A stretch of 64,000 bases of DNA from Macrostomum lignano (Eukaryota). Below the pieces are notes generated by a model. It was not told the origin of the DNA and did no database searches. It was given only the letters and a program-made list of their open reading frames with translations. The translations under genes were made by a program, and so were the position numbers. Below, piece after piece: positions 61,290 through 64,000 of the stretch. The stretch lies in contig NIVC01000012.1 in NCBI GenBank assembly GCA_002269645.1, forward strand, positions 434,001 through 498,000, written 5' to 3'. The stretch's first letter is position 1, and each line of letters starts with the position of its first letter.

Positions 61290-62240
61290 GGGGAATCCCT
61301 CAGATGCTAATGACTAATGGGAATCCCTTAGATGCCAATGACTCATGGGGAATCCCTTAAATGCTAATGGATCATGGGGAATCCCTCAGATACTAATGAC
61401 TAATGGGAATCCCTCAGATGCTAATGACTCATGGGGAATCCCTTAAATGCTAATGGATCATGGGGAATCCCTTAGATGCTAATGACTCATGGGAATCCCT
61501 TAGATGCCAATGACTCACGGGAAATACCTCAGATGCTAATGGCTCATGGGGAATCCCTTAGATGCTAATGACTCATGGGAATCCCTTAGATGCCAATGAC
61601 TCACGGGAAATACCTCAGATGCTAATGGCTCATGGGGAATCCCTTAGATGCTAATGACTCATGGGGAATCCCTTAGATGCCAATGGCTCATGGGGAATCC
61701 CTTAGATGCCAATGACTCATAGGGAATCCCTCTGATGTTAATGGCTCATGGGGAATCCCTCAGATGATAATGGCTCATAGGGAATCCCTCAGATGCTAAT
61801 GACTCATGGGGAATCCCTCAGATGCTAATGGCTCACGGGGAATCCCTTAGATGCTAGTGACTCATGGGGAATCCCTTAGATGCCAATGACTCATAGGGAA
61901 TCCCTCTGATGTTAATGGCTCATGGGGAATCCCTCAGATGATAATGGCTCATAGGGAATCCCTCAGATGCTAATGACTCATGGGGAATCCCTTAGATGCT
62001 AATGACTCATGGGAATCCCTTAGATGCTAGTGACTCATGGGAATCCCTCAGATGCTAATGGCTCATGGGGAATCCCTCAGATGCTAATGACTCATGGGGA
62101 ATCCCTCTGATGTTAATGGCTCATGGGGAATCCCTCAGATGATAATGGCTCATAGGGAATCCCTTAGATGCTAATGACTCATGGGGAATCCCTTAGATGC
62201 CGATGGCTCATGGGGAATCCCTCTGATGCTAATGGCTCTA
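61290..62240. repeat. ~29-bp minisatellite, AhR intron
   Basis: tcatggggaatcccttagatgctaatgac units. Confidence 0.93.
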
Positions 62241-62271
62241 ACAGGCTATTTGTATAACAAAAAAGTCAAAC

Positions 62272-62428
62272 CTGAGCTGCCTGTGAGTACAAATGATGGC
62301 CTCAATCTGTTGCTGCTGTTTGGACTCCGCTCTGCGAACCAATCGCAGACTGGTCTGAAGCCACAACCAGTTTCCAGATTTTGACAGCCAACGACAAGCC
62401 AAATAGCCCAGGTTGGACCGTTTCATCA
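62272..62428 (-). CDS. ahr: AhR-like PAS-B C-terminal exon
   Basis: (L)MKRSNLGYLACRWLSKSGNWLWLQTSLRLV..IICTHRQL matches spineless WQWLQTSSRLV..VICTHRQL. Confidence 0.92.
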
Positions 62429-62520
62429 CTAAATTGTACGAAAAACGATTTTTCTACTCGTAGTAGAATGGTAAGAAAAACTACATGGACAGATTTGCAA
62501 AGTCATCAAGTGGCACTCAC

Positions 62521-62627
62521 GCATTTCGTGGCCCAAAGCCGCGTAGTGAATGTCGTTCGGGTGCAGCAGATGATAGAATCTCAATCGCTCGGTTTCTGAA
62601 TCAGAGTAGCCCAAAACCGATTTGCCT
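62521..62627 (-). CDS. ahr: AhR-like PAS-B N-terminal exon
   Basis: GKSVLGYSDSETERLRFYHLLHPNDIHYAALGHEM matches GRIVLGYTEAEL..YQFIHAADM; tattcag / GTGAGT. The bHLH and PAS-A exons lie beyond the window. Confidence 0.9.
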
Positions 62628-62714
62628 CTGAATAAAAAATACGGGCGAAAATCATGTTAACAAAATGGATAACATACATTAACACAATTGGGGTTGAGAG
62701 GAATGAAAACTGGA

Positions 62715-64000
62715 GGCGAGGGGCTATAGCTTGTAAAACTGGGTTCAGGACACAGTGAAACTGGGGGTGAGGGGCAGTAAAACTGGGGGTGAGGGGCTAT
62801 AGCTTGTAAAACTGGGTTCAGGACACAGTGAAACTGGGGGTGAGGGGCAGTAAAACTGGGGGTGAGGGGCAGTAAAACTGGGGCTGAGGGGCAGTAAAAC
62901 TGGGGCTGAGGGGCAGTAAAAGTGGGGGTGAGGGGCAGTAAAACTGGGGGTGAGGGGCAGTAAAACTGGGGGTGAGGGGCAGTAAAACTGGGGCTGAGGG
63001 GCAGTAAAACTGGATGTGAGGGGCAGTAAAACTGGGGCTGAGGGGCAGTAAAACTGGATGTGAGGGGCAGTAAAACTGGGGGTGAGGGGCAGTAAAACTG
63101 GGGCTGAGGGGCAGTAAAACTGGGGCTGAGGGGCAGTAAAACTGGATGTGAGGGGCAGTAAAACTGGGGGTGAGGGGCAGTAAAACTGGGGCTGAGGGGC
63201 AGTAAAACTGGGGCTGAGGGGCAGTAAAAGTGGGGCTGAGGGGCAGTAAAACTGGATGTGAGGGGCAGTAAAACTGGATGTGAGGGCAGTGAAAACTGGC
63301 AGGGTGAGGGGCAGTAAAACTGGGGGTGAGGGGCAGTAAAACTGGGGCTGAGGGGCAGTAAAACTGGGGGTGAGGGGCAGTAAAACTGGGGCTGAGGGGC
63401 AGTAAAACTGGATGTGAGGGGCAGTAAAACTGGGGGTGAGGGGCAGTAAAACTGGGGCTGAGGGGCAGTAAAACTGGGGCTGAGGGGCAGTAAAACTGGA
63501 TGTGAGGGGCAGTAAAACTGGGGCTGAGGGGCAGTAAAACTGGATGTGAGGGGCAGTAAAACTGGGGCTGAGGGGCAGTAAAACTTGGGCTGAGGGGCAG
63601 TAAAACTGGATGTGAGGGGCAGTAAAACTGGGGCTGAGGGAGCAGTAAAACTGGGGCTGAGGGGCAGTAAAACTGGGGGTGAGGGGCAGTAAAACTGGGG
63701 GTGAGGGGCAGTAAAACTGGATGTGAGGGGCAGTAAAACTGGGGGTGAGGGGCAGTAAAACTGGATGTGAGGGGCAGTAAAACTGGGGGTGAGGGGCAGT
63801 AAAACTGGGGCTGAGGGGCAGTAAAACTGGATGTGAGGGGCAGTAAAACTGGGGGTGAGGGCAGTAAAACTGGATGTGAGGGGCAGTAAAACTGGGGTGA
63901 GGGGCAGTAAAACTGGGGGTGAGGGGCAGTAAAACTGGGGTGAGGGGCAGTAAAACTGGGGGTGAGGGGCAGTAAAACTGGGGTGAGGGGCAGTAAAACT
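62715..64000. repeat. 22-bp G-rich minisatellite (gaggggcagtaaaactgggggt), AhR intron, runs off the window
   Basis: Directly visible. Confidence 0.95.

Overview
Eukaryotic (metazoan) genomic DNA, very rich in tandem repeats. Gene content and minisatellite-filled introns suggest a free-living flatworm such as Macrostomum (inference only). Most long ORFs in the six-frame track are artefacts of stop-free repeats. Genes assembled by hand from GT-AG exons with matching phases: an 8-copy neuropeptide precursor (-, 3111-3581); an unknown signal-peptide plus K/R-rich protein (-, 18071-19429); a Mox/Meox homeobox gene (+, 20273-27101); a complete Nischarin-like PX-LRR gene with an in-frame 20-aa repeat (-, 30368-39543); a ZDHHC5/8 palmitoyltransferase lacking its first exon (-, 43449-47715); and the 3' half of an AhR/spineless bHLH-PAS gene (-, 59504-62627). 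Mobile DNA includes three Penelope-like (GIY-YIG) fragments, two with minimal hammerhead ribozymes, two tRNA-derived SINE families (one CORE-type), a hAT-type MITE with an 8-bp TSD, other foldback/TIR elements and two RT-RNase H non-LTR fragments. One non-LTR fragment sits between two near-identical 1653-bp direct repeats. The best leads are the PFRNSFGAGDF neuropeptide, the 1.65-kb apparent target-site duplication, the PLE hammerheads, the repeat-interrupted secreted basic protein and a 3-kb nearly CpG-free intronic domain. All coordinates were read by eye; repeat boundaries are approximate.
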